Shown here piece after piece: positions 13,092-21,281 of a stretch of DNA of 42,956 nucleotides (its first letter is position 1; each line of letters starts with the position of its first letter). Source of the DNA: a virus. The notes under the pieces were generated by a model. The model saw only the letters and a program-made list of their open reading frames with translations. It had not been told where the DNA came from and did no database searches. Location of the stretch: the IMG/VR virus record IMGVR_UViG_3300045988_080709, one strand, 5' to 3'. The translations under genes were made by a program, and so were the position numbers.

Positions 13092-13686
13092 AGAAGATTA
13101 CCAGGAGATCAAACAGCAGGTGGGTATGCGTCAGGCGGCTGATTTTTATGGATATCCGGTGGACAGGCAGGGGCGGTGCCTCTGCCCTTTCCATAATGAC
13201 AAAAAGCCCAGCATGAAGATATATCCGAATGATAAGGGGTATTATTGTTTTTCCTGCGGTGCGGGAGGGGATGTTATCACATTTGTCTCCAGGCTGTATG
13301 AGATCAATAATGAGGGCGCGGCCAGAAAGCTGATAGAAGACTTTTCCCTGCCCATAAAAACAGAAGGGCTTTCCTACCGGGAAAAGAGAGAAAGGGAACA
13401 GCGGATCCGGGAGAGAAAGCGGCGGGAACAGTTCCGGAGGGAAGCTTATACCGTGCTAGAAGTGTATAGACGGCTCCTGTGTGAGGCGATAAGGGACCCG
13501 CGGGACCGGCATTTTGTAGAGGCAGCACAGGAGCTCACGATCGTAGAGTACCGCCTGGATTGCCTGAGGAACGACCTGGAGGATTATTTTAACGATGAAA
13601 AGGCGGTGAAGAAGGTTGGAGAGATCCGAAAACGAGTTATTGACTGGTATGGAAGCTTTGACGGCGGGGGAGCCATTTCCAGATGA
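13060..13686 (+). CDS. CHC2 zinc-finger protein (primase zinc-binding domain)
   Basis: CLCPFHNDKKPSMKIY...YYCFSCGAGGDVITFV. The start is ATG 13060 or 13069; the track start at 12940 lies inside the upstream gene. Confidence 0.8.
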   Translation: MILMKSFHLCKEDYQEIKQQVGMRQAADFYGYPVDRQGRCLCPFHNDKKPSMKIYPNDKGYYCFSCGAGGDVITFVSRLYEINNEGAARKLIEDFSLPIKTEGLSYREKREREQRIRERKRREQFRREAYTVLEVYRRLLCEAIRDPRDRHFVEAAQELTIVEYRLDCLRNDLEDYFNDEKAVKKVGEIRKRVIDWYGSFDGGGAISR

Positions 13687-15538
13687 AATCTTTTATAAGA
13701 TCTTCGAGATAGAAGGCAATGTGGAACGCGCCCAGTACATAGAAGCTCTGAAAAATAAGGCAAGGCAGATGAAACGGGCAAATGAGTTCAATTCTATCCT
13801 AAAAGCCTTCTTTATGGATTACAGCCAGAAGATGAAGGAAACGGGCAATACTACGAATTTCACCGGCCAGGTGCTGGAACTGCAGTGCGGACCCTGGAGA
13901 GCGAATGACCTGGGGGTATCCATGCAGAAATTTGACAATCATGGACAGCCAGTCTTTGTCAACGCATGTACCCACCCAATCCTGCCAATAGAGATCTACA
14001 AAAATGTGGATACCGGAAGGGAACGGGTAAAACTGGCCTATTTTAAATATGGACAGTGGCAGAATGTAACCGTGAACCGTAAGGTATGTGCGGATAATTC
14101 CGCCATTGTTGATGTGCTGAGTGATATCGGCATTGAGGTCACATCTGAGAACGCAAAGCCTCTTGTCAAGTATATCAGTGACTGCATCGGGCTTAATCCG
14201 GCTAAACTGGCACCAAGAAAGTCCATCAACCGTCTGGGATGGGCAGGGAGTGAGTTTATGCCCTACGCAGATGATATTGTATATGACGGAGACGAAACTT
14301 TTGACGTGATCTATAAAAACATCAAGGAAAACGGCAGCTATGCCGTCTGGAAAGAGCACTGCAGCATCCTGCGGCAGAATAAGATCGTGCGCATGGCGTT
14401 TGCTGCTAGTTTTGCAAGCTGTCTGATCGAGCTGGTGAATGCGCTGCCATTTGTGTTCCATATCTGGTCAGGGGAATCAGGTACATGCAAGACGGTTGCT
14501 ATTATGGCAGCTATGTCCATTTGGGGTAATCCTAAGATGGGCGGGCTTGTCAAGACCATGAACACCACAAAGGTAAATATCATGCGGACATCTGCGTTTT
14601 TGTACTCGATCCCATATGCGGGTGATGAACTGCAGACAATGAAGGACAAGTGGACGACAAATTTTGATCAACTGATATATCAGATAACGGAAGGTATTGA
14701 CCGTGGGCGCGGCAGGGCTACAGGCGGCGTGGAAGAAACAAAGACATGGCGGTGCAGTTACCTATTTACAGGGGAAGAACCGATCACAAAACAAAACAGC
14801 CGTGCAGGCTCTAAGAACCGTGTCATTGAGATTGAAGTGGAAGGGAAGCTGCTGGAGGACGGAAACCGGACGGTGGGTATCCTGACAGAAAATTATGGAT
14901 ATGCCGGAAAAATACTGGTTGAATATCTCCAGGGAGTGGAAAAGAAAGAACTGCAGGAGGAGTACAAGAGATATTTTGATGTCATGTGCAAACTGGACAC
15001 CACAGAGAAGCAGGCAATGGCAATGGCCTGTATCTTATTGGCGGACAGGATCCTAACGGAAGTTGTTTTTACAGGTGAGAGGCCGCTCACGGTTGATGAT
15101 GTAAAAATGTATCTGCGTAGCGCAAATGAGGTAGATGTTGCAGAACGGTCTTATCAGTCAATCTTGAACTGGATTGCAAAAAACCCGGTACGCTTTCAGA
15201 ACCCAAATGAGGAGGATTCCGCGAACAAAGGGGAGGTATGGGGCCGGATTGATGATGATGGAGAGCATCCAGAGACACCGCCGGTGGCTGTCATCAACAA
15301 GGATGTACTGTGTGAGTTCCTGGAAAAAGGCGGGTTCGACTATGCTGCAGTTAGCAAGAAGTGGGCTAAAAAAGGGTATTTGGTGAAGAATACCCAGGGG
15401 AAATGTGTGCATCAGACTAAGGTATACGGGATAAAAGCCAGTTACATCAAGATAGTTATGAAATCAGATACAGATAAAGATGGATTTATGCAGGCGGAGG
15501 ATATTGAAGATGGACAGATGGAACTGCCGTTTGATTAA
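13649..15538 (+). CDS. SF3-type replicative helicase (DUF927 / VirE-like)
   Basis: About 629 aa with Walker A HIWSGESGTCKT. It follows the CHC2 protein. The start is uncertain (TTG 13616 or ATG 13649). Confidence 0.8.
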   Translation: MEALTAGEPFPDEIFYKIFEIEGNVERAQYIEALKNKARQMKRANEFNSILKAFFMDYSQKMKETGNTTNFTGQVLELQCGPWRANDLGVSMQKFDNHGQPVFVNACTHPILPIEIYKNVDTGRERVKLAYFKYGQWQNVTVNRKVCADNSAIVDVLSDIGIEVTSENAKPLVKYISDCIGLNPAKLAPRKSINRLGWAGSEFMPYADDIVYDGDETFDVIYKNIKENGSYAVWKEHCSILRQNKIVRMAFAASFASCLIELVNALPFVFHIWSGESGTCKTVAIMAAMSIWGNPKMGGLVKTMNTTKVNIMRTSAFLYSIPYAGDELQTMKDKWTTNFDQLIYQITEGIDRGRGRATGGVEETKTWRCSYLFTGEEPITKQNSRAGSKNRVIEIEVEGKLLEDGNRTVGILTENYGYAGKILVEYLQGVEKKELQEEYKRYFDVMCKLDTTEKQAMAMACILLADRILTEVVFTGERPLTVDDVKMYLRSANEVDVAERSYQSILNWIAKNPVRFQNPNEEDSANKGEVWGRIDDDGEHPETPPVAVINKDVLCEFLEKGGFDYAAVSKKWAKKGYLVKNTQGKCVHQTKVYGIKASYIKIVMKSDTDKDGFMQAEDIEDGQMELPFD

Positions 15539-15539
15539 A

Positions 15540-15816
15540 AGTCTTACCGGAATATTTTTGGTAAGACGCTTGGTAAGACCATAAAACCCGCTTAAAATGC
15601 GGCTTTAAGATATATAGTCTTACCGTCTTACTAGTCTTACCGGTTACCATACGAAGAACCCCAGTAAAGAAAAATGATATTTTTTTTTGTGTTGTAAAAA
15701 AGTGCGTCTATGTTCCCGGTTTTTAGGTAAGATGGTAAGACCCCTTGATTTTACTGGGGTTTCGGGCTGTTTTTTGGCAAAAACGGCGTAAGACAAAATC
15801 GGAAAATGGTAAGACC
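15540..15816. repeat. Iteron cluster / putative replication origin
   Basis: GGTAAGAC occurs 4 times forward (15560, 15572, 15734, 15808) and 3 times as GTCTTACC (15541, 15617, 15634), plus three 7/8 copies. The 12-bp inverted repeat AACCCCAGTAAA (15657-15668) / TTTACTGGGGTT (15750-15761) brackets an AT-rich run. Confidence 0.6.
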
Positions 15817-15837
15817 TTATGATTGGAGTGATAAGAA

Positions 15838-16248
15838 ATGAGCAATAAAAGTAATGGGACAGCCTTTGAAAAGGAATTTGCACAGATGCTTTCAGAACAT
15901 GGATTCTGGGTACACAGGATGCAGGACAACCAGAACGGCCAGCCATTCGATGTGATAGCGGCCAGGGACGGGGAAACGTTGGTATTTGACTGTAAGGATT
16001 GTCGGTCCGGCAACTTTTATTTACGCAGAATAGAGGAAAACCAGAAAAACGCTATGAAGCTATGGATGGAATGTGGCAACTCGGAAGGAATCTTTGTGGT
16101 GAGATTTCCGGATGGGGAGGCATTCCTCATGGCAATCAGTGACCTGGAAGAAGCATGGTCCAATGGGATACGGCATATGGACCGCGGACATGCGAAATAT
16201 TATGGAGCGCCTTTGGGTGCATGGCTTGAAAGGATTGAGCAGTTATGA
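15838..16248 (+). CDS. Holliday-junction resolvase (RecU/Hjc-like PD-(D/E)xK nuclease)
   Basis: GTAFEKEFAQML...PFDVIAARDGETLVFDCK is a motif pattern typical of phage resolvases. Confidence 0.75.
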   Translation: MSNKSNGTAFEKEFAQMLSEHGFWVHRMQDNQNGQPFDVIAARDGETLVFDCKDCRSGNFYLRRIEENQKNAMKLWMECGNSEGIFVVRFPDGEAFLMAISDLEEAWSNGIRHMDRGHAKYYGAPLGAWLERIEQL

Positions 16249-17627
16249 AAGTAACCATCAGCAACGAAATACGGATACAAGACCCGCCCCAGGAACTGAT
16301 TGAGACGGTAAGGCAGGAGCTCACCATGCCGAACCCGGATTATATCAAGAAGCAGCGTATGGGACTCTGGACCGGAAGTACGGACAAGGAGTTATATTTC
16401 TACTACGTTGATGGCCTAAACCTGGTCATTCCCTGTGGCGCCGGAAAACTTGTAAGACCATATATGTCCAAGGACACACAGATAGAACAGGACCTGGCGG
16501 ATAATGGAGTGCTGACTTATCCAGGGCAGATCCCATTATATGATTACCAGGAGCAGGCAGTGCTGGCGATGGAAAAGGCAGGCTGCGGTATCCTACAGAG
16601 TCCCTGTGGAAGCGGGAAAACACAGATGGGGATTGCGCTTGCTGCGAAACTGCAGAGGAAGACGCTCTGGGTGACGCATACCGCTGATCTGTTAAATCAG
16701 TCCTATGACCGGGCAAAGCAATACTTTTCGGACAGCATCCTGGGCAAGATAACTGCAGGGAAAGTACATATTGGTAGTCACATGACATTCGCAACCGTGC
16801 AGACACTTAGCAAACTGGACCTGCTGAAATATAAATACACTTGGGATGTGGTGATCGTGGATGAATGCCACAGGGTATCCGGTACGCCGGCAAGCGCAAA
16901 GATGTTTTACCGGGTGATCAGCTCCCTGGCAGCAAGATATAAATATGGCCTGAGTGCCACGGTACACCGTGCAGATGGGCTGATAAAGAGCACATTTGCT
17001 GTTCTTGGGGAGGTGCAGTACCAGGTACCGGATGAGGCAGTGGCCGAAAAAACCATGCAGGTACAGATCCTTCGCAGGGATACAAAGATCAAGATCAACC
17101 GTGTGTGTTTGGACACGGATGGAACACTGGCATATAGTAAACTGATTCCTTATTTGACTGAAAGCTTAGAAAGAAACCAGATGATTGCGGGAGATTTGGC
17201 GGCGAACAGGGGACATTACAACCTGATACTGTCAGACCGGCTGCAGCACTTGCAGCAGCTGCGCGCCATGCTTCCAGCAGAGCTCTGGGAACTGACCGCC
17301 ATGATCGACGGTAAGATGACAAGCAAGTCGGCAAAGGCCAAAAGGATCCAGGCCATAGAGGATATGCGTTCGGGCAGGATACGGTATCTGTTCGCTTCCT
17401 TCAGCCTGGCAAAAGAGGGGCTGGACATCCCGAGGCTTGACCGCTTATATCTTACAACACCGAAAAAGGATTATGCGGTGGTGACACAGAGCATCGGACG
17501 AATCGCCAGGACTTTTGAAGGCAAGGGACAGCCGGTTTGTTATGACTATGTGGATGAGATTGGATTTTGTGAAAACCAGTGGAAACGGCGTTGTACAAGT
17601 TATCGGAAAGCGGGGTGTATCTTATGA
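16245..17627 (+). CDS. SF2 DEAD/DEAH-box helicase (ResIII-like)
   Basis: Motif I SPCGSGKT, motif II VIVDECH, C-terminal helicase motifs (LAKEGLDIPRLD, QSIGRIAR). Confidence 0.9.
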   Translation: MKVTISNEIRIQDPPQELIETVRQELTMPNPDYIKKQRMGLWTGSTDKELYFYYVDGLNLVIPCGAGKLVRPYMSKDTQIEQDLADNGVLTYPGQIPLYDYQEQAVLAMEKAGCGILQSPCGSGKTQMGIALAAKLQRKTLWVTHTADLLNQSYDRAKQYFSDSILGKITAGKVHIGSHMTFATVQTLSKLDLLKYKYTWDVVIVDECHRVSGTPASAKMFYRVISSLAARYKYGLSATVHRADGLIKSTFAVLGEVQYQVPDEAVAEKTMQVQILRRDTKIKINRVCLDTDGTLAYSKLIPYLTESLERNQMIAGDLAANRGHYNLILSDRLQHLQQLRAMLPAELWELTAMIDGKMTSKSAKAKRIQAIEDMRSGRIRYLFASFSLAKEGLDIPRLDRLYLTTPKKDYAVVTQSIGRIARTFEGKGQPVCYDYVDEIGFCENQWKRRCTSYRKAGCIL

Positions 17628-17965
17628 CAGATGAACTTTTAAAAGAAGCAATGAGACTGCAGGAGATCAAAAAGAAGAATGAATGCCAGGTGCCTGCAGA
17701 ACTCTTACAGACGAAGTATAAGAACTCTTATGACAGGCTGTGTGCAGAGCTGAAGGAGAAGCAGTGCCAGCTCCGTGCGGAATATATGAAGCGGGTACGG
17801 ATCCTGGCTGATATCCTAGCAAACAGCGTATATGCGGAAGAGCCAAAGGAATTTCTGGAAGCGATAAAGGAGCAGTATAAAGAGACTATGCTTCCGGATA
17901 ATCTGGATGTTATCTTCCTGGAAGCATTTGAGGATTATTTGGATATGATTAAAAAAACAAAATAA
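17624..17965 (+). CDS. Hypothetical protein (113 aa)
   Basis: ATGA overlap with the helicase stop; in frame with track ORF 17579-17965. Confidence 0.6.
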   Translation: MTDELLKEAMRLQEIKKKNECQVPAELLQTKYKNSYDRLCAELKEKQCQLRAEYMKRVRILADILANSVYAEEPKEFLEAIKEQYKETMLPDNLDVIFLEAFEDYLDMIKKTK

Positions 17966-18025
17966 TAAATTTAAGAAAGGAGCCAGCCTCCTGCAGGGGT
18001 AAGGGTATACCGGGCTTCTAGGAAA

Positions 18026-18508
18026 ATGAAAAAAAGAATTTTAGATGCATGTTGTGGAAGTAAGATGTTTTGGTTTGATAAGGATAATAAAGATGTGCTT
18101 TTCATGGATTGCAGGGAATTAGAAGATACTCTTTGCGACGGGAGAAAGCTCAATATTAAGCCTGATATTGTTGCAGATTTTCGTTGTATGCCATTTAAGG
18201 ATAATTCGTTTTATATGGTTGTATTTGACCCACCACATTTGCTACATATCGGAGAAACATCATATATGTGCAAGAAGTATGGAAAGCTGTCAAATGATTG
18301 GAAGAATGATATACTGAATGGCTTTACAGAGTGTATGAGAGTGTTGAAACCAAATGGCACATTGATTTTCAAATGGAATGAGGAACAGGTCAAATTGAAT
18401 GAAATTTTATCGATCATTCCATTCAAACCTCTTTTTGGAAATCGTCGTTCTAAAACACATTGGATCTGTTTTATGAAGGATGAGGACATACCGGGGGTGA
18501 TGCCATGA
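18026..18508 (+). CDS. SAM-dependent methyltransferase with a DPPH motif (DNA N6A/N4C-type)
   Basis: Motif I ILDACCGS and motif IV VVFDPPHL; 160 aa. Confidence 0.8.
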   Translation: MKKRILDACCGSKMFWFDKDNKDVLFMDCRELEDTLCDGRKLNIKPDIVADFRCMPFKDNSFYMVVFDPPHLLHIGETSYMCKKYGKLSNDWKNDILNGFTECMRVLKPNGTLIFKWNEEQVKLNEILSIIPFKPLFGNRRSKTHWICFMKDEDIPGVMP

Positions 18509-18660
18509 CCAGAATGTGTAGCATATGCCATGAACCAAAAGCAGAAACAGAGTTCCGGCTAATGAGGAGGCAAAACCGCCGGAACAGTTATTGCCGTGAG
18601 TGTGAGCGGTGGTACATGCGGAATTATATGAGAGCATACAGGGAGAGGATTGGAGGATAG
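18505..18660 (+). CDS. 51-aa zinc-ribbon protein
   Basis: ATGA overlap with the methyltransferase stop. MTRMCSICHEP...YCRECERWY has CxxC...CxxC. It is below the track size cutoff. Confidence 0.5.
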   Translation: MTRMCSICHEPKAETEFRLMRRQNRRNSYCRECERWYMRNYMRAYRERIGG

Positions 18661-18817
18661 CCTATAAAAGTAGGAGGGCCGGGTCAGCAGGCCCGGCAGT
18701 ATGAAAAAGAAAAGTCTATATGAAAAAGGTTATCGCCCTTTGTTGAGTATTACTATACCGGGAAAATGTGATGAAACTGTGGTGAAAAGATAAAAGAATT
18801 GTGAAAGGAAAATAAAA

Positions 18818-19102
18818 ATGAATGAAAATGAGTTTAATAAAAGAGTAGAAAAGTTTGCGACAGCATTGAGAGACTTATATTTAGATGTAGATGAAAGAGA
18901 AGGAACGGAAATGCCCAAAATAGAACTGGAAGAGGAGAACCTTACAGATGACTTTACTGCAATGATTATGGCAGTACATCTCTTGTATATTTCAATTACA
19001 GGGGATGACGAAGTGGACCTTATAGGGTTTACGCATATGGTCAACCGTCTGGTATTCCAGTGGTTAATGGAAAACGGTGACAAAGAGAAAGGCGAATCAT
19101 GA
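18818..19102 (+). CDS. Hypothetical acidic protein
   Basis: Track ORF of 94 aa with RBS GAAAGGAAA. Confidence 0.6.
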   Translation: MNENEFNKRVEKFATALRDLYLDVDEREGTEMPKIELEEENLTDDFTAMIMAVHLLYISITGDDEVDLIGFTHMVNRLVFQWLMENGDKEKGES

Positions 19103-19257
19103 AGTGCAAGAAATGCGGCGGCAAAACGCAGGTAACGGATACAGAGGAGAGCTTAGACGGTTTTGCAGTATTGAGGCGGAGGCAGTGCCCGATCTGCGGA
19201 TACCGGTTCAAGACCATAGAAACTATATGGGAGGGCATGAGACCACGGAAAAAATGA
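19099..19257 (+). CDS. NrdR-like zinc-ribbon-only protein (52 aa)
   Basis: ATGA overlap with the upstream stop. MKCKKCGGKTQVTDTEESLDGFAVLRRRQCPICGYRFKTIE follows the NrdR N-terminal pattern M.C..C....V.D.R.....RRRR.C..C..RFTT.E. There is no ATP-cone. Confidence 0.6.
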   Translation: MKCKKCGGKTQVTDTEESLDGFAVLRRRQCPICGYRFKTIETIWEGMRPRKK

Positions 19258-19397
19258 CAGTTTTGGAATACCTAGAAAGGAGAAAGATAGATGGTAAGAA
19301 ACGGATCAGGCTGCCCGGACCCCACATACGAGCAAGCATTACCAGCGATCAGGCGGGAGGAAAAATCATGAGGAGATATTTTGAGTTAATTGGATAA
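19254..19397 (+). CDS. Possible 47-aa protein
   Basis: ATGA overlap with the stop of 19099-19257; this is the 3' part of track ORF 19077-19397. It competes with a 26-aa ORF at 19291-19371 that has a better RBS. Confidence 0.3.
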   Translation: MTVLEYLERRKIDGKKRIRLPGPHIRASITSDQAGGKIMRRYFELIG

Positions 19398-19537
19398 CGG
19401 ATAGTAGCTCAGTTTTCAATAGTGGACGGTAGTCCGGCTGAAAAAGCACCATCAGACAAGTTCGAGGAATACTTCCACTGTGAAGTTAGAGAAATTGGAC
19501 GGATTGAATATGAGCGGTTAGCGGAGGAATACACCAA

Positions 19538-19762
19538 ATGATGGATGACAGAGAGCGGAGGATCACAGACCTCCAGCACTACCTGGATGGCTGGCGGCGG
19601 CGCTGGCATGGGCTGCATAAGAGACAATTACTGAGGGCGAGGGCGCCCGAGACGTGCAGGGATTGTCCAAAGGCAGGAGTGATAGACATGCATGGAAAAT
19701 TAATATATGGATGTAATATGGGCTTTTGCATCATAATGGATTTTAGCGGAGGTATGAAGTGA
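19538..19762 (+). CDS. Hypothetical Cys-rich protein
   Basis: GGAGGA RBS; 74 aa. Confidence 0.6.
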   Translation: MMDDRERRITDLQHYLDGWRRRWHGLHKRQLLRARAPETCRDCPKAGVIDMHGKLIYGCNMGFCIIMDFSGGMK

Positions 19763-19971
19763 AAAGAACGGAGTTGGAAAAACATTTAGGAGAGAATGTT
19801 GAGATAACGATATTTGATGGAAAAACAATAAAAGGCGAGCTGCATAAGACAGGCGAGGAACGCTTTAAAAACGATGCGAACTTATTTCTTCCGAGAAATC
19901 TTTACTTTTTAGTACCTCAAACATTTTTATTTCGGTGTAGCCATGTAAAAAAATTAATAAAACTGAATTAG
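19759..19971 (+). CDS. Hypothetical protein
   Basis: GTG start 6 nt after GGAGG, overlapping the upstream stop; 70 aa. Confidence 0.55.
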   Translation: MKRTELEKHLGENVEITIFDGKTIKGELHKTGEERFKNDANLFLPRNLYFLVPQTFLFRCSHVKKLIKLN

Positions 19972-19990
19972 AATCTATGGAGGTACGAGT

Positions 19991-20179
19991 ATGAAAAACG
20001 CAGAAGGTTATCCCGATCCGACAGCCGGTAAGGCAATTTACCAGGCAGACAAGCTGCCGAAGCCAATCGCTGATGTGGTACATATCCTGCGGCTGGTTGC
20101 CGGGATGGTGGGATTGAGGATTAAAAGTGTAGAGCTGGAGGATCGGAAGAGCGGGAAACGGTACTGGTATGGGAGGTGA
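19991..20179 (+). CDS. Small protein with a GYPDPTA motif
   Basis: GGAGG RBS. MKNAEGYPDPTAGKAIYQA... is a motif I recall from small Firmicutes-phage proteins upstream of late regulators. Confidence 0.65.
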   Translation: MKNAEGYPDPTAGKAIYQADKLPKPIADVVHILRLVAGMVGLRIKSVELEDRKSGKRYWYGR

Positions 20180-20184
20180 TGCCA

Positions 20185-20388
20185 ATGGATGCAATGAAGT
20201 GTGATAGATGCGGTAATTATTTTGACAGCAATAAATTAAAGATTAAAGGAGGCAATTGCAGTGGCGAACCGTTCGGGCACATAAGCGTAAGAGGAGAGAA
20301 GAACTATTGCTGTCAATATGATTTGTGCGATGATTGTGTTGTTGACTTTTTCCAATGGGTTAATGATCCGGGTAGGTTGAGGAGGTGA
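20185..20388 (+). CDS. Zinc-binding hypothetical protein
   Basis: ATG 20185 lies 8 nt after GGGAGG. CDRCG...CDDC. Track ORF 20176-20388. Confidence 0.6.
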   Translation: MDAMKCDRCGNYFDSNKLKIKGGNCSGEPFGHISVRGEKNYCCQYDLCDDCVVDFFQWVNDPGRLRR

Positions 20389-20393
20389 GGCCG

Positions 20394-20837
20394 ATGGACA
20401 AGCAAAAGTTGGAGAGGTATAAGCCCTTAAAACGGGAGTTACTAATGCTTGACAAGCAGATAAGCAAGCTGGAGGAACGCCGGGAGGAGCTTCCGGTGGT
20501 GATGGGGAAAGTACAGTCCTCAGACCATGAGTTTCCTTATACAGCACGTAGAGCTACTGTGCAGATGCTAGAGCCAAAGGCGGCAGATAAGATAGACAAA
20601 GAGATTGCTAGAAAACAGGCCAGAAAGAGCCAGATTGAAGCTGAATTGAAGGAAGTAGAGGACTTTATCTGTAGCATACCAGAAGGAGAAGAACGACAGG
20701 TATTTGAATTGTATTATCTGGAAGGAATGAAGCAGAGAGAGGTTGCGGACATAGTGGGATTAGAGAGGAGTAGCATATCAAAAAAAATTAGTGATTATCT
20801 GCAACTTTCACACAATTCACAAAAAAATATGCTATAA
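20394..20837 (+). CDS. Late-gene regulator, sigma-70 region-4-like (DUF1492 / ArpU-RinA class)
   Basis: ATG 20394 lies 8 nt after GAGGAGG. ERQVFELYYLEGMKQREVADIVGLERSSISKKI is a region-4 HTH. It is the last gene before the packaging module. Confidence 0.8.
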   Translation: MDKQKLERYKPLKRELLMLDKQISKLEERREELPVVMGKVQSSDHEFPYTARRATVQMLEPKAADKIDKEIARKQARKSQIEAELKEVEDFICSIPEGEERQVFELYYLEGMKQREVADIVGLERSSISKKISDYLQLSHNSQKNML

Positions 20838-21042
20838 TTAAAATAGAACGAGTATAACAAAAAGACAATATCCTCCTCTTTGTTATCCGGCTGCGGGGTG
20901 TCACAGCTCCGCGGCTGATTTGCCGGTTCCAGGTAATCCAGCAGGTTTGCCCCATTAGTGGGAAACATAGCATGGATGCCGGGACGTAACCGTATGTCCC
21001 AGGTCTGGGATAAATAAATGGTCGTTGAATAAAATGACTGGT

Positions 21043-21114
21043 AGTGCAATGATGTAATAGGGAGCATACCTGGCATGTGGCTAGGAAGCGCCGGTTCGAG
21101 TCCGGTTTGCACTA
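21043..21114 (+). tRNA. 72-nt tRNA with a canonical cloverleaf but A33 in the anticodon loop (nominal anticodon UGU, Thr)
   Basis: Acceptor AGTGCAA/TTGCACT (7/7). U8. D arm ATGT-AATAGGGA-GCAT. Anticodon arm CCTGG-CATGTGG-CTAGG. Variable loop AAGC. T arm GCCGG-TTCGAGT-CCGGT. Discriminator A. No encoded CCA. Confidence 0.65.
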
Positions 21115-21220
21115 TAGCTTATCTGCCGCCGGATCACCGGAGAGGCAGGGAGTACGACAGCATAATGTGCACTGAGTGCTGCGTGGCCTCCAGGATTATC
21201 CCCTGGGGTAAGCAATAGAG

Positions 21221-21253
21221 AGCGTCTGGTCAGATAACTGGCTGGGCGCTTTT
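21221..21253 (+). terminator. Intrinsic terminator closing the untranslated tRNA region
   Basis: AGCGTCTGGTCAG-ataa-CTGGCTGGGCGCT, 13 bp including 4 G-U/U-G pairs that are valid only in plus-strand RNA, followed by TTT. Confidence 0.6.
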
Positions 21254-21281
21254 ATAATGGGTTTATGGCATGGAGGTTAGT

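Noticed and set aside
13799-14461. 220-aa minus-strand ORF inside the helicase gene
   Set aside because: It is antisense to the Walker-A-containing SF3 helicase CDS and has no independent signals.
19291-19371. 26-aa ORF MVRNGSGCPDPTYEQALPAIRREEKS with a good RBS and a PDPT motif like that of gene 19991-20179
   Set aside because: It is too short to support and overlaps the translationally coupled 47-aa frame. It may be a truncated paralog remnant. Left unresolved rather than called.
19422-19541. 39-aa GTG-initiated ORF ending in an ATGA overlap with gene 19538-19762
   Set aside because: It has no RBS and only a GTG start. The coupling to the next gene is suggestive, but the evidence is too thin to list it as a feature.
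20795-21112. 105-aa minus-strand ORF covering the untranslated region and the tRNA
   Set aside because: It has no RBS and overlaps the 3' end of the late regulator and the tRNA cloverleaf. The hairpins here carry G-U pairs valid only on the plus strand, which argues for plus-strand RNA function.
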